DNA of 64,000 bases from Phoronis australis (Eukaryota; Animalia; Phoronida). Shown here piece by piece: positions 1 to 12,100 of the stretch (the stretch's first letter is position 1; each line of letters begins with the position of its first letter). The notes under the pieces were generated by a model. It saw nothing but the letters and a program-made list of their open reading frames with translations. It was not told the origin of the DNA and ran no database searches. The DNA is taken from NCBI GenBank assembly GCA_002633005.1, contig NMRA01000486.1, positions 24,842-88,841 on the forward strand, read 5' to 3'. Position numbers and translations under genes: made by a program.

Positions 1-1099
1 CTCCTCAGAGGAACAAAAAGTCCGAGAAAACAAGACAAAAAGTCCACTCAGTAAAAAGGTGCAAACGCCCAATTCACAGCCCTGGACGTGGTACCCCGTT
101 TTTTTTAGTCCTTCGTTTTTTGCCGGTAAAAGGTCCACATCGTCAAAAATTCTAGCCCCCCATTTAAAGACTGGGTGCACGCATGATAGAGCAAAATGAC
201 TGTTCATCATTGTCAAGTCAACGCCACTCCAAGTTGCCGCCAGCGCATACCATTGCATCAATACCGTATTAATCGTATCAAGACTACGTCGCCCGACTAT
301 ATACCGTCACTTGGGTACTGTGTGTAGCCGTTACCGGCGTTCAGATGCCTGTGAAAAGATGGTTGGCAGCGCCTATGTGCGCCTACGCCCCACTATAACG
401 TAACTTACGGTGCGTACACGCGCTACGTTCAAATGCCAAAAGGTGGTTGGCTGCGCCTGCGTGGGCTTACGCCCCACTCTACAGCGCACTGTAGCCGGGT
501 AGGATCATCAAGGGGATTCCAGGCGATTTATTCGACTATACTTCATCAGTAAACACCCAGAGCACAAACAAAGATCGGCCACCTATGATACCGTGTTAAG
601 TCAGTGAAGCTTTCAAAGCATCACTGAGTGAACCATGTACTACTTCAGTCCGGCTCAGAAGCCTCCGCGACTGACACGGCGCATGGGGCAGTTTAAAAGA
701 CAACATGAACAAACTCCGAATTTGACAACTGTCACGGTGTTTGGCCATGAGATATTCTGCTGGGGTGGATCAAGGATTGGGAGTGAGTTGGGACCGGGGT
801 CAGCGCCCTCCGGCCGAACTGCCAAATAGAATCTACGAGAATTTTAGGGGGGAGCATGGCACCCTTAGTCCCCTCTAAATCCGCCTCTGTTCTGTGATCA
901 GTAAGCAGATTGGGACCGAATATAGTAAGATGGCCATCTTGTGTGACGACTGCATGGAGCACCATGAGCTCAAGGACCCCCGGCCATTAAGCAACTTTTA
1001 CGCTAAGTGGATTCGCAAGCAAGTGGACGAGAAACCGTACACCATCCAGGCGTGATGGCGCCGTCACAGATTGTTCAAAGCGATCTAGTCAATACTCAC

Positions 1100-1123
1100 T
1101 GGGTTGAATGTAGGTAGAGACAT
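1100..1123 (-). CDS. Candidate first coding exon (MSLPTFNP) of an unidentified divergently transcribed gene
   Basis: Minus strand reads gccgtcATGTCTCTACCTACATTCAACCCA|GTGAGTAT (Kozak-like start plus consensus donor) in CpG-rich context; no homology evidence. Confidence 0.3.
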
Positions 1124-1809
1124 GACGGCGTTCTCCCGGCAGGAACTTTACCAGACGTAGAGGGAGTCAGAACATCTAGCGCTCAGTCTTTTGCCTGGTA
1201 TGGCAACCGGCAGGCCAATTTATCTACCAGGCTCATTTACAGACCACGTGTGAACACAGTGAAACCTAGGCGTTCGGAAAGAATTGATTGTCGTAACTTC
1301 GGTTGTAGTTGGGTGCTTTTGGCGATTCAAAAACTAAACATGATCAGCATTTGACGAGGAATTCAGAAATGCTATTGGTTTATGTTAAAAAATGTTATAA
1401 CTTGAGTTTTATTTATAACAGCACAGCCCACTCAGGCTGGATACGATCTTATTGGAGATTAGAGTAATTATCGAACAAAAGAGAGCTGGCCCTCCATCCC
1501 TAAATGCCAGAATGAAATTAATCAGTCGTGCAAGATATTGGCTACAGGGGTCATCTTCCCAACAAAGTTGTAGGCCTAAACTGAGAAAATGTTTTTTAAA
1601 ATCGATTTCTTCAGCAGCGCAGCTGAGCTACTCACATTAATCTGTGAATCGATTAGCGGGACGCGTTATTCGAGTCTAGAGTCACTGGCTTCAGTCTTGC
1701 TTAGACGTTGGGGTTGATAAAACCACATAATAATTATATTAGCGCAAAAGTTGCCTCATGGCGTAACACTAATTCACCAAGCACAGGCCGGTGAACATTA
1801 CACTTTTTG

Positions 1810-2620
1810 AAATAAATAAAATAATAAATAATAAATAACTTTATTTATAGAGGATAAAAACATGTTAAGTGTAAAACTTATCTACCACATGGTCCTCGAA
1901 ATTAAATAAATAAAATAAATAAATAAATAAAATGAACAATGATATGTACAGATGAATGAAAATTGAAATAAATAAGTTAATTAATATATACAATTTTTGA
2001 CATGCATGCAGATATACAGTTAATTAGATAATAAATAAGTTATTAAGTTACTTCTAAATGCACGTTTAACAGTAATTGATTTAATACCTAATGGTAAACC
2101 ATTCCAGGCAATCACTCCATCTACAAAGAAAGTACTCTTCTACTTGGATGTTTTATAGTTTGGTACAACTAAATTGAAAGCATTTGAGTATCGGGTATGT
2201 CTCGAATGTTTATTACATACTAGAGATAATTCATTAGCTAAATACTGAGAAACATTCTCATGGAGACATTTGAAATCATGCACAGTCTGCGGAAAACATA
2301 ATATTTATTAATTGGCATCCACCGAATATTTGCAAACAAAGTCACAGATGGTGCCTCATAGGTTCCAAGAATAATACAGCCTGCTTCTGAGTTTGTTGAC
2401 AAATTTATCCATGCTAGTAGTGCAACAACCCGACCATACAGAGCTGCAGTAAGTGAAATGTGGCATAATACATGCATTGAAATTTTTAATTCTACCCTTA
2501 ATTGGTAAAAATTGCTTGATTCGCTTCAATAATCCCAATCTTTGTCTAATTTTACCCACTACATAAGAAACGTGGGATTCCCAAGATAAACTATTATCAA
2601 TTTTAACTCCTAACAGTCAT
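1810..2620 (-). mobile_element. 5'-truncated CR1/L2-clade LINE relic (RT C-terminus plus 3' UTR and AAAT-type tail)
   Basis: Minus ORF fragments [30 protein letters not shown] and YEAPSVTLF..RWMPI; (AAAT)n tracts at 1810-1930. Confidence 0.75.
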
Positions 2621-2979
2621 AAATAGAACCTGCTTCTTCAGCACACGGGCAGGTTGTGTTTTGGAAACGACTTTTTGAAAACCACACACTTAATGCCAAA
2701 AATAAGGGGCACTTCGGTAAATGTTTCAACAAATCCAATGATTCCAAACATTACCATGATGAATCACGTAATTAATTTAAGCTTGGAGGGAAATTTTGCA
2801 GACATTTTTTGAGAAACGGTTTTGATAAAAGTTCCCTTTAGCTGCTATACTGTTAACTCGAAACTCGTCACGGATGACAGCCTGGTCGCGGCCGGGTAGA
2901 CTCCGAGGAGCCATGCGTTTGTCTGCGTCTTGAGCACAAGGAGGTACAACATTTCTCCACTAGATGGCAGACTACTGTG

Positions 2980-3074
2980 ACGTAGCATCATGGCTGTCTG
3001 TGGGACGGTGTTGTTATTTTGATTCAGAATTGTACCGTGAATTTCTTTGTAGAACGTCTGAAATAGCCTGAACG
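2980..3074 (+). other. MON2: Putative non-coding first exon of MON2 (5' boundary uncertain)
   Basis: Strong donor AACG|GTGAGT at 3074/3075. The first coding exon has an acceptor (ttgcag, 6029) 5 nt before the ATG, so an upstream exon is required. CpG-containing context with TGACGT and CTCF-like motifs just upstream. Confidence 0.5.
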
Positions 3075-4032
3075 GTGAGTAAAGTATTTCAGCTGTAGAT
3101 CTGAGATATGTTTTTTTTATTCGCATTCAACATATTTCTTTTTCCAAGACAAGCCGGAGTTCCAGATTTTCCGGCACAATCGCCCATTTCTACATTGACA
3201 AGAGTCAAGCCTGGCATTCGCACTGGCGCGGTCTCGAAGTAAGGCAGTAACCGGTTGACAATGCTTTTGATACACCTTGTTGTGAACTCTCATCTAGTTT
3301 TATTTTGTGGTATGATGCGCCCCTCGTTGATTTCAAGTTTGATCATTTGATGTCTGCAAAATCAACTGACATAGACATAAATCTTGTCATGCAGTGGTTT
3401 GTGTCCTGCTAGGCAATGTCTGGCAATGACTATCGCCTCTGTTGGCCCGAAGCAGAGGCGATGTAGAGGCTATAGGCGCTCTGTACGCCGGAAGCTTTTC
3501 GGCGAATTTTGGCTCGCACCGACCAAACCATCAAAGTCACGTTGTTCTAAATACCTTTTGCGCATAGAGGAACACCTTAGGAGGTTGCCGATGTGTTTAA
3601 TTCCTTCCAACTCGAACAAATACTCCCGTTATGAAACTTTTTCTTCGAGCAGTCTCTATTTCAGTTCCCAAAATCGTGAACTCACCATTTTTATACTGCG
3701 CACGCTCCAATTCATGACCTCAATCTTTAAATAGGCCAAAGGTGAGCCATTGCGGTCTTGTCAGTCAAATGTTCGTTTCCAAAATGCCACCACTTATACT
3801 TGTCTTTAATTGGCGTTACTTGAAACTGATTGTATTTCAATGAATCATTGTTTGTATTTGATAAAAATAAATGCTGTTGATATGACATTTAATAGTCTTT
3901 GTGCACATATTTGACAGTTTGATCAAGGAGTGTAGTAGTATTGGAGAGTTCACTTGTGAGTTCGCTGTTACCGCTACTACTAGCGCCGCCAAGTGATGAA
4001 CAAGCAACTGTCAAACAGGAAGCGCCAAAACA

Positions 4033-4890
4033 ATGGGGAAGGACGCATTTTACAGTGCGATAAATTTCATGAATTCATCCACGAAAACCCCAGACGTGTC
4101 ATTTTTTAGGTTTCCTAAGGATCCAGAAAGGTAAGGATTATCTGTTATTCAATAAAATGATGCAGTGGCTTTCATTTTGTGTGTTCTGTTCACGGTTGTT
4201 AGACGAGTCGATCACAGTCCCGTTGCCACTGTTCTGTTGTCTGCACTAGTGTAGGCTAGGCCTACTGTACAACCGGGCTGCCGGCGGAAGGACTATGATG
4301 AACGTACGATGTGATCGTCAGCTTTTTGGATACTTGCAGTCCATCAATTCCAAATCAAAATGTCACCCGTACGATCACAGGGACAATTTTAGGAAAACAT
4401 ACCCATGGCCATGGGCGGGTGAATATGAATCATCGTGGTGACACGGCCATGGCACAATCACAGCCACAGGGACTCAAGTTTTCATTAGTCAAGTTAGAGA
4501 ATCTGTGGGTCTCGGTGAAAAGTTGTGCGGCCCTTAAAATATCCGTGGATCGACATTTGAGTCCTAGTCTTTTTAGTTGACACAAAGACGCTTTTGTCTC
4601 TATCACAATCCCAGTACGACAGGACTTCTGTAGTGTAGTGTAGTTTAGTGTAGACTACCAGTCTTCTGTGAACCTGGTGAGTATGAGGTTTGTTCCTGAG
4701 TCTCTCATTGATTTCTGTTCAGGTGCAAGCACTGGGAGCCGACCTTATGAATAGAGTGCATCCTATTTGTCCAACTTAAGAACTGCAACTTATGCTCTCA
4801 TCACTTCGAGGAGTCCATGTTGATGAATGAAGAACAAGCTGGTATTGAATGCAGTGTCCGAGCAGTATTCGATGTCCCTATAGTCCACCA
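4033..4890 (+). pseudogene. Degenerate two-exon THAP-domain gene (THAP12/PRKRIR-like or DNA-transposon accessory) inside the putative MON2 5' UTR intron
   Basis: 4033-4130 MGKDAFYSAINFMNSSTKTPDVSFFRFPKDPER|GTAAGG; from 4723, ag|CKHW..ADLMN..LCSHHFEESM..AV..VFDVP with frameshifts. The first two expected Cys positions read Tyr and Phe. Confidence 0.8.
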
Positions 4891-6034
4891 AAAATGAAGA
4901 TGTCAAAAAGTTCTCCGGAAATTATGTTACAGCTGTGGAATAGGCTTTTTGCAGTTTCTGATTATCGTCTCACAAAGCAAGTACTGGAACATCACGTGTA
5001 GAAAGGACAATTAGTCAAAATCTGGTTTTCTTATTTTACTAAGGTTGATCAGATTGAAACATTTTATGAATGGTTAGCCTGCTTGTTGAAGAGAGCCAAA
5101 GTGAAACTGATGGGTCTTTTAGAGTCTGAATGGTGGGCTGACATTTTGTTAAACCCAAGCTATCCGTATCATTTTGCTTCTCAATGACAAACACCTCTGT
5201 GAGTAAATTAGTTATCAGCTTCAACGCATTTCGTTGGCAAAAAGAGCTGTTGTTTACTAGTGATTAGAGAGTGGGAAGGTTGGTTAGATTTTCATGTTGT
5301 ATTGGTGTATGTGTTGCCTATTTTGTACGTTTTTGGAGATTGTGATTAATTTAAGCCCCAGTTGTGGCTAAGTAACAAATATGATCTTGTGGTCTAGCTT
5401 TAGCTTCACTGAAATATTTACTGTTATTGATAATGTGAACTGTGGGTATAGAAAATAAAAATTTTAGTTTTATCATCCAAGTCTTTTTAATTCAGGTTTG
5501 TATGAAGTTGTGTGGCTAGTGAATATTTTGATTGCTGTTCAGCACCTCTTAACTTTTTTGTCATGACATTTTGAGCTTGGACTGGTTATGGTGGTGATAT
5601 ACTCAATGTGGGGGGCTCGAATTCCCGACGATGTACACCTTTTGCTAACAAATGAGTGGGCGGACTAAAAAAAAAAAAATGGGGACCACCAATGTGAATT
5701 GCTCATTTCCGTTTCTTTAGTGGACTTTTGTCCCATTTTCTCGGACTTTTTGTCTCNGCTGCTAGTCATAACCTCCAGAAGTGCATGTCAAATAGTGTCG
5801 TGCATTTAATCTTCTTGGTCCCCCACATAGACCAGTAGCTGTGGGCCATTTAATGACCAGTTGAGATAGGGACTGTTCACCAATGGATGAACCTAGGGTA
5901 TTACTGTGAAGCTGTCCATTGTTCACACGTTATTTGTTTTTGGTTGTGGTGTAGATATTCTCAATATGCATCAATGTGTATGTATTTATGTTTGTATATG
6001 GGTATGTATTGTACAATACGCTGTTGCAGTCCCA

Positions 6035-6145
6035 ATGTCTACACTGAAGTCTGTGGCTATATCCAAGAAGCTCGTGGAGAACGTACAGAGTGACCTGCGT
6101 CAACTGTCCAGCGAGGCGAGACGCAAATACCCACCAGTCAAGGAG
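6035..6145 (+). CDS. MON2: MON2 coding exon 1 (MSTLKSV...PPVKE)
   Basis: Acceptor ttgcag ends 6029, ATG at 6035, donor GAG|GTAAC. Confidence 0.92.
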
Positions 6146-9100
6146 GTAACACCATTCGTCAGACGCTGTGCCAGTCTGATCTTGAGAATAATTACCAAGT
6201 CATTTTGCAATCAAGGAAAAATTAGTGTGAACCGTCGTATTTTTCTGTGCTGGACACAGTAGCGTGCAGAGGTTTGGTGATGCCCAGGGCGATTTCTTTA
6301 TTGCATGCCCCCCTCTACTCAAATGCATGTACCCTTACTAGTACCAAGAAAAGTAAAAAAGATGAAACATAAATTAGAAACTTTATTCAGTTTAACTACA
6401 AATCAGTCACAATTTCAAAATGTTTCTTTATATTGATTGGATGCCCTCTGGCAATGTAGATGCCCAGGGCTGTCGCACCGTCGCCCTCCCCCCCCCTGCT
6501 GCAGGCTAACATATAGTCTTTGATCACATAGTTTATGGAGAAATAATGGAGCAAATGCGAATGTCATGAAGAAGTAAAAATGTCAGAGATGTCAGTGATG
6601 ATGAGACCAGTCCATGGTGAGAACATTCACATTGGAACTAAGGTGTAGCTTCCAACTGACCTATCTCCAGGAGTTTGAGTGGCGGCTTAACTGACCATTT
6701 AGAACGCAGTATTATTGACACACCTTCTTTTCCAAGCCGCCATTTTACCCGACAAACAACATGTTGCTGGGTAAAACTTATTGCTTGTTAGACGACATTA
6801 CGTAAGCGGGCGGAGCTTGCAATAGGTCAATTGGTAATATGAAGGAATATAATGATGATGTTTGTTTTATTCTCTCTGGTATTGTTCCTCATGATGCTGT
6901 GATTAGATCTTTAATATCGACCGTCATATTTTTTGTACGTGTTGTTTTTCTTCAACTATATCATAGTTTATTCCAATATCACTGAGAGGTTTCTATCATT
7001 GACATGGTCATACAAAGGCGTATTGATGGGGACACCTTTGAACACAAATCTATTATAGGGTTTATTATTATGTGGAATAAACGTACTGTGAGGTATAGTT
7101 TCCCCAAATACACAATCTACTGGGTCAAACATTTGCATGGAGTGGGTTGGGGAGAGGGAGTGAGCAAAAGTAAATTAAACTATGTCGTGGTAAATATTAC
7201 ATTCTCTTTCTCTAGTGGATCGCCTGTCCCACTGCATTGGTCCATACTAATATTCATAACATTTTCAATGAAAGAAGTTTGCAAATTCAGTATAGAATGA
7301 GAAAACAGTAATTATAGTTGTCATAACCCAGGTCACAGGTCCCAAGCTTTCTTGTTGGTTTTTATGCTAAAACAGTGCAGGGGCCTGTTCCAAGAAACCA
7401 ACTAAGGTCATTTTTTTACTGAAGTCTAAGACTTTTCTCAACTTCCAAACTTTGAAACTTCCACATCCGGTACGTTATGCCAAACTTAAGACAAAATTGT
7501 GATCAAAAACTTAAATCAAACTTAAGATCACTTCTTGGAACAGACTTAAGACAAACTTAAATTTTATCTAATAAGTTGTCTTAGATAAGTCATTTTTCTT
7601 GGAACGGGTCCCATGTCTTCAGGACCCTTGTTTTCTAGCTTTCAACCAATTGTGACATTTTTGCAGGGCAGTGTTCTTTAGTGATGTGCTCTATTTTTCT
7701 TCATGGAAAATTAAGGGGCTATGTTTTATCTAAGTTTAATTTCATCAAGGTATTTTTACTCGACACGTTCATTTGCAATGCTCGTATTATCGCTATTACT
7801 TGCAGGCTGCCGAGTCGGGCATCCTTAAAATCAAAACCATCACTGCAAAGTCAGAAAATGATATTATTGGAGGTAAGAGTACTCTTAATGTCTGCTCATT
7901 GGAGACATTGTTTGTCCTGCGGGAAAGTTCTTGCTTTCACATAGGAAATGGTAAATACTGATATCCGTTATCTTTTCAGATGATTTTGTATTGTTAATTG
8001 AAGAAATGCGGTCAGCGTTTGAGAAATAAAAAGTAACAGTTTCAACCGTTTCCTATGAGTTATGTGTGATCGTTTCATTCAAATGTTTGTTGGGTTACAT
8101 TTGATCAATTTCTTAGGGACTGCGTATTGAAAGCATTTTACTGTCGTCTGCTTTTGATAAATGAAAATGAAACTAAGCCCAGGTGTTTTGGAAATCTGAT
8201 AATGTCAACTGTATTTGCTTGAATTTCATTAAATTAAAACTTTCCAACTGATCTTGCTGATTGAAAAAGCCTATGGTTTTGGTTCATAGTAACCCTTTGT
8301 TTTGGTTTTTAGTACATCTTGATTACTCACGATAAAACAGTTGACTGGAAAGAGTTTACTTGTTACATCAGCGCACAGATTTACTGCTGCTCATATGACT
8401 TATTGCAGTTTGAAATTAGTGATTTTGGCTTGTGAAAGATGTAACTGGCGTTGAAGGGGACTTAGAGCAGAGTACCGTCATGATTGGAGTTGCCCCATGT
8501 TCCATGTTGTGTGTATGTTTCAGCATTGGTGCGCGCCAGCACCGATATCATCCAGCCTTTTGTACTTGGCTGTGACACCAGGCATGCTAAGATTGTGACT
8601 GTCTGTCTTACCTCAGTCCAGAGACTGATACAGCATGAAGCTATCTCCATGGTAACAGCCTTCTACTTAAAGCAGCTAGTTCTGATTACTTGTTAAACTT
8701 GAAACTCAAAAACATGCCATCTGGTCCCTTTCTGGTGAAGTTGCTGAACTGAGTCCTAATTATCAGGAAATGTTCACATGAACACCATGCTACTTTTGAA
8801 CGCAGTGCAAATATGACATTTGAACTGCCATATTGAATTTGAGATAGACTTCAAGTCATTTTCAAAGTGAGATTTTTACGTTGTAAATGAAAACTGATTT
8901 GTCTTCCTAGATCTTTTTGCATATTACCATAATTTATGTAGCTGGTTCTATTGAAGTTTTGGAGACACCTAGTTGTTTGTATGCAAAATTGAATTCATAG
9001 AATTCATATTTGTTTCAGACTCACTACATGGTCACCAACCAGCCTGCATGATTGTGGTGTTATGTCACATTTTTCTTCCGGGCAATAAAGAACAAGAATA

Positions 9101-12100
9101 TCATGTCTAAAAGTTAAGCTAATTTCACTCAACAGCCACAAACAGTGAAAAACATTTGTCACTGCGGTTGTTGTATACTTGCTATAAAAAGACATCTAGG
9201 GAATCGACTCGAGACATATTTTTACGAGATTTTCATTGAAAATCCTTTTCAAAGTTAGAACCCCATTAGGCAGTTGCTGTTGCAACAACGTTGGGCAAAT
9301 TGTATACTTAATGCACGGCTCTGATCTTAAAGAATTCACTGCCATGTACTGTACTTGTTGTAGCCTGCTGCCAACAATCTGATCAACATGTTGTGGAACT
9401 TGATGGAGCATGGGATTGAGGAGCTCAAACTGTTGCAGACGGCCATCTTGTTAATCACAACCAACACTGTTGTTCAGCACGAGTCTCTGGCCAAGGTAAT
9501 GTGGCTTCAACCAGACCAATATAGGCTCTGTCAATATACTTGTATTGAGGCCTCTACCATAGAAATGTGGGCTCCATCAATGTATTTGGGCCTCTACCAT
9601 AGCAATATGGCTCTGTCAATATACTTGTATTGAGGCCTTTACCATGGGAATGTGGGGTCCATCAGTGTATTGGGGCCTCTACCATAGCAATATGGCTCTA
9701 TCAATGTACTAGTATTGAGGCCTCTACCATGGAAATGTGGGCTCCTTCAGCGTACTGGGGCCTCTACCATAGCAATATGGCTCAATCAATATACTTGTAT
9801 TGGGGCCCCTACCATGGGACTGTGGGGTCCATCAGTGTGTTGGGGCATCTACCATAGCAATATGGCTCTATCAATATACATGTATTTGGGGCCTCTACCA
9901 TGGGAATGTGGGGTTCTTTAGTGTATTGGGGCCTCTACCATAGCAATATGGCTCTATCAATATACATGTATTGGGGCGTCTTCCATGGAAATGTGGAGTC
10001 CATCAGTGTATGGGGGCCTCTACATGGGAATGTGGGGTCCATTAAAAATGTATTGGGGCCTCTACCACAGAAATGTAGAGTATCAGTGAGAGTACATGTC
10101 TCCCCACATAAATGTAGGATTCATCAATGTACTGGAGGACTTATCATATTGGCGCTCTCATAAGACCAGTAGGTGGCGCTGAACTCCTGTCTACCAAAGA
10201 CCTGATCAACTCTGTCAGGGTAATTTTACCTTTAGAGTCCTACTGAGTAGTGCATCAATAATTTTTTGATTTAATTTAAATTTGAGACACGTTAGAAAAA
10301 ATGAGTTACGAGGCATGATTACTGCAGTGTTTGTAGTCTATAGTTATAATGTCATCAGAGTGAAGTTTATTACTGTTGTTATTATTGGCTGAATATAAAG
10401 TTCTGTTTTCATTTTATGTTACTTTGAAGTTGGCCATTTTTTACCCTAATGCCATTTCTCTAGAACACAAATAGGCAGTATCGACTTCATATTCGTCATT
10501 CGGGGAAAGGACATATGTGGTGCAAATGACTGTTATTCACTGTGATTGTTTGTTTGCAGGCGATTGTATTGTGTTTTCGTCTGCATTTCAACAAGGATCT
10601 GACCACTATGAACACAGCTGCGGCCACTGTCAGACAGTTGGTCAGTATGGTATTTGAGCGGGTTGTTACAGAGGACAGGGTACCCTCACAAGGTAAGCAT
10701 GCCCTCACGAGGTAGGCACACTCCTCACAAGGTGGCAGGCTTATTTGGTCTATACCTTATTAAAGCCATGGTCAACAGTCAAACTTAATGTTCACTAGGT
10801 GGCGCTAATGTACAGTGCCTGTTCTTTTTATCATCATTGAGAGCTGAGTGCTAAAAGGAAGAAAACCTTGTGTCTTTATCAGCTGAACATGTTGCGAGCT
10901 GAAAATTATTCCCAACCGTGTAGACATTCCTGGATATCAGTCCCACATGACCTGGGTGTTCATGGGATATCGGTGCCATGTGACCAGGGTGTGCATGGGA
11001 TATCAGTCCCACATGACCTTGGTGTTCATGGGATATCGGTGCCATTTGACCAGTGTGTTCATGGGATATCAGTGCCATGTGACCAGGGTGTTCATGGGAT
11101 ATCAGTCCCACATGACCTGGGTGTTCATGGGATGGGTGTTCATGGGATGGGTGTTCATGGGATATCAGTCTAACATGATTCGGATGATCGTGGGATATCA
11201 GTGCCTCATGACCCGGGTGTTCATGGGATATCAGTGCCACTGTACCTTGGTGCATACATTTCTACATTCTTCACCATAGGTTCTCTTTTGCTCTCAGTGA
11301 ATCATTTGTTCTTCACTAGACACTTGTTTGTTCTTGCGAGAAACGATTAGTACCAGTCTTGGCATCTTATGAAGTATTTATTACAGATTCAGTAACAACA
11401 TTTTACCTGTTGTAGATTTGACTGTCTATGTTCATACTCATTGATCATGTTCGTTATAGTTCATGCAGTAATGTAAGTAAATGTAAGAAATTACAGATTC
11501 TTGAACCTTTTTTAAATGTCATGTTATAGTGTTGTGTTAGTTTTGATACATCACCCAGCCACACGTGCTGTTATGAGTGTCTATATGTCTTTATAGAGCC
11601 TCTAGGAGACTATTCCTTGGATGAGTGTAAGACAGCAGGCAGACATCCCCCCAAGTCACTCCGTCCGTGTGCTTCTGACGGCTTCCTGTTATTCCAAGTA
11701 AGTGACCACCACTATGCTCTAGCTCTCACGTATTGCTACTTTAAGTGTTGTGGTTGAAGCACATGGTTCATATCTCCTGATGTGGATGGTAGACTTAGTC
11801 ACTCTAAAATAAAACGAGGGACTTACTCTACTTTGACTTGTATTGGTAGGTAAACTGCAGAGACAAAATGAAATTACTAAGTACATTTCCAGTACATTAT
11901 TGGTAAAGAACGCTTGCACTAGTAACTCATTAATTATGTTCGAATATAATAATAATAATTATGTTAGAATATTATACAATAAACGTGAAACGCTATTTTG
12001 TATACTTTATCGCACAAACAGTAAGCTACAAACTATTAGTTAAGGTAAACTTAAGTTGGTATGATCCCTTTATAAGATAATCAGTTGAGGTGTGACTCGA

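Noticed and set aside
10851-11279. His-rich ORF (ISHEHPGH repeats) resembling a metal-binding protein
   Set aside because: Product of an intronic minisatellite that is open in several frames.
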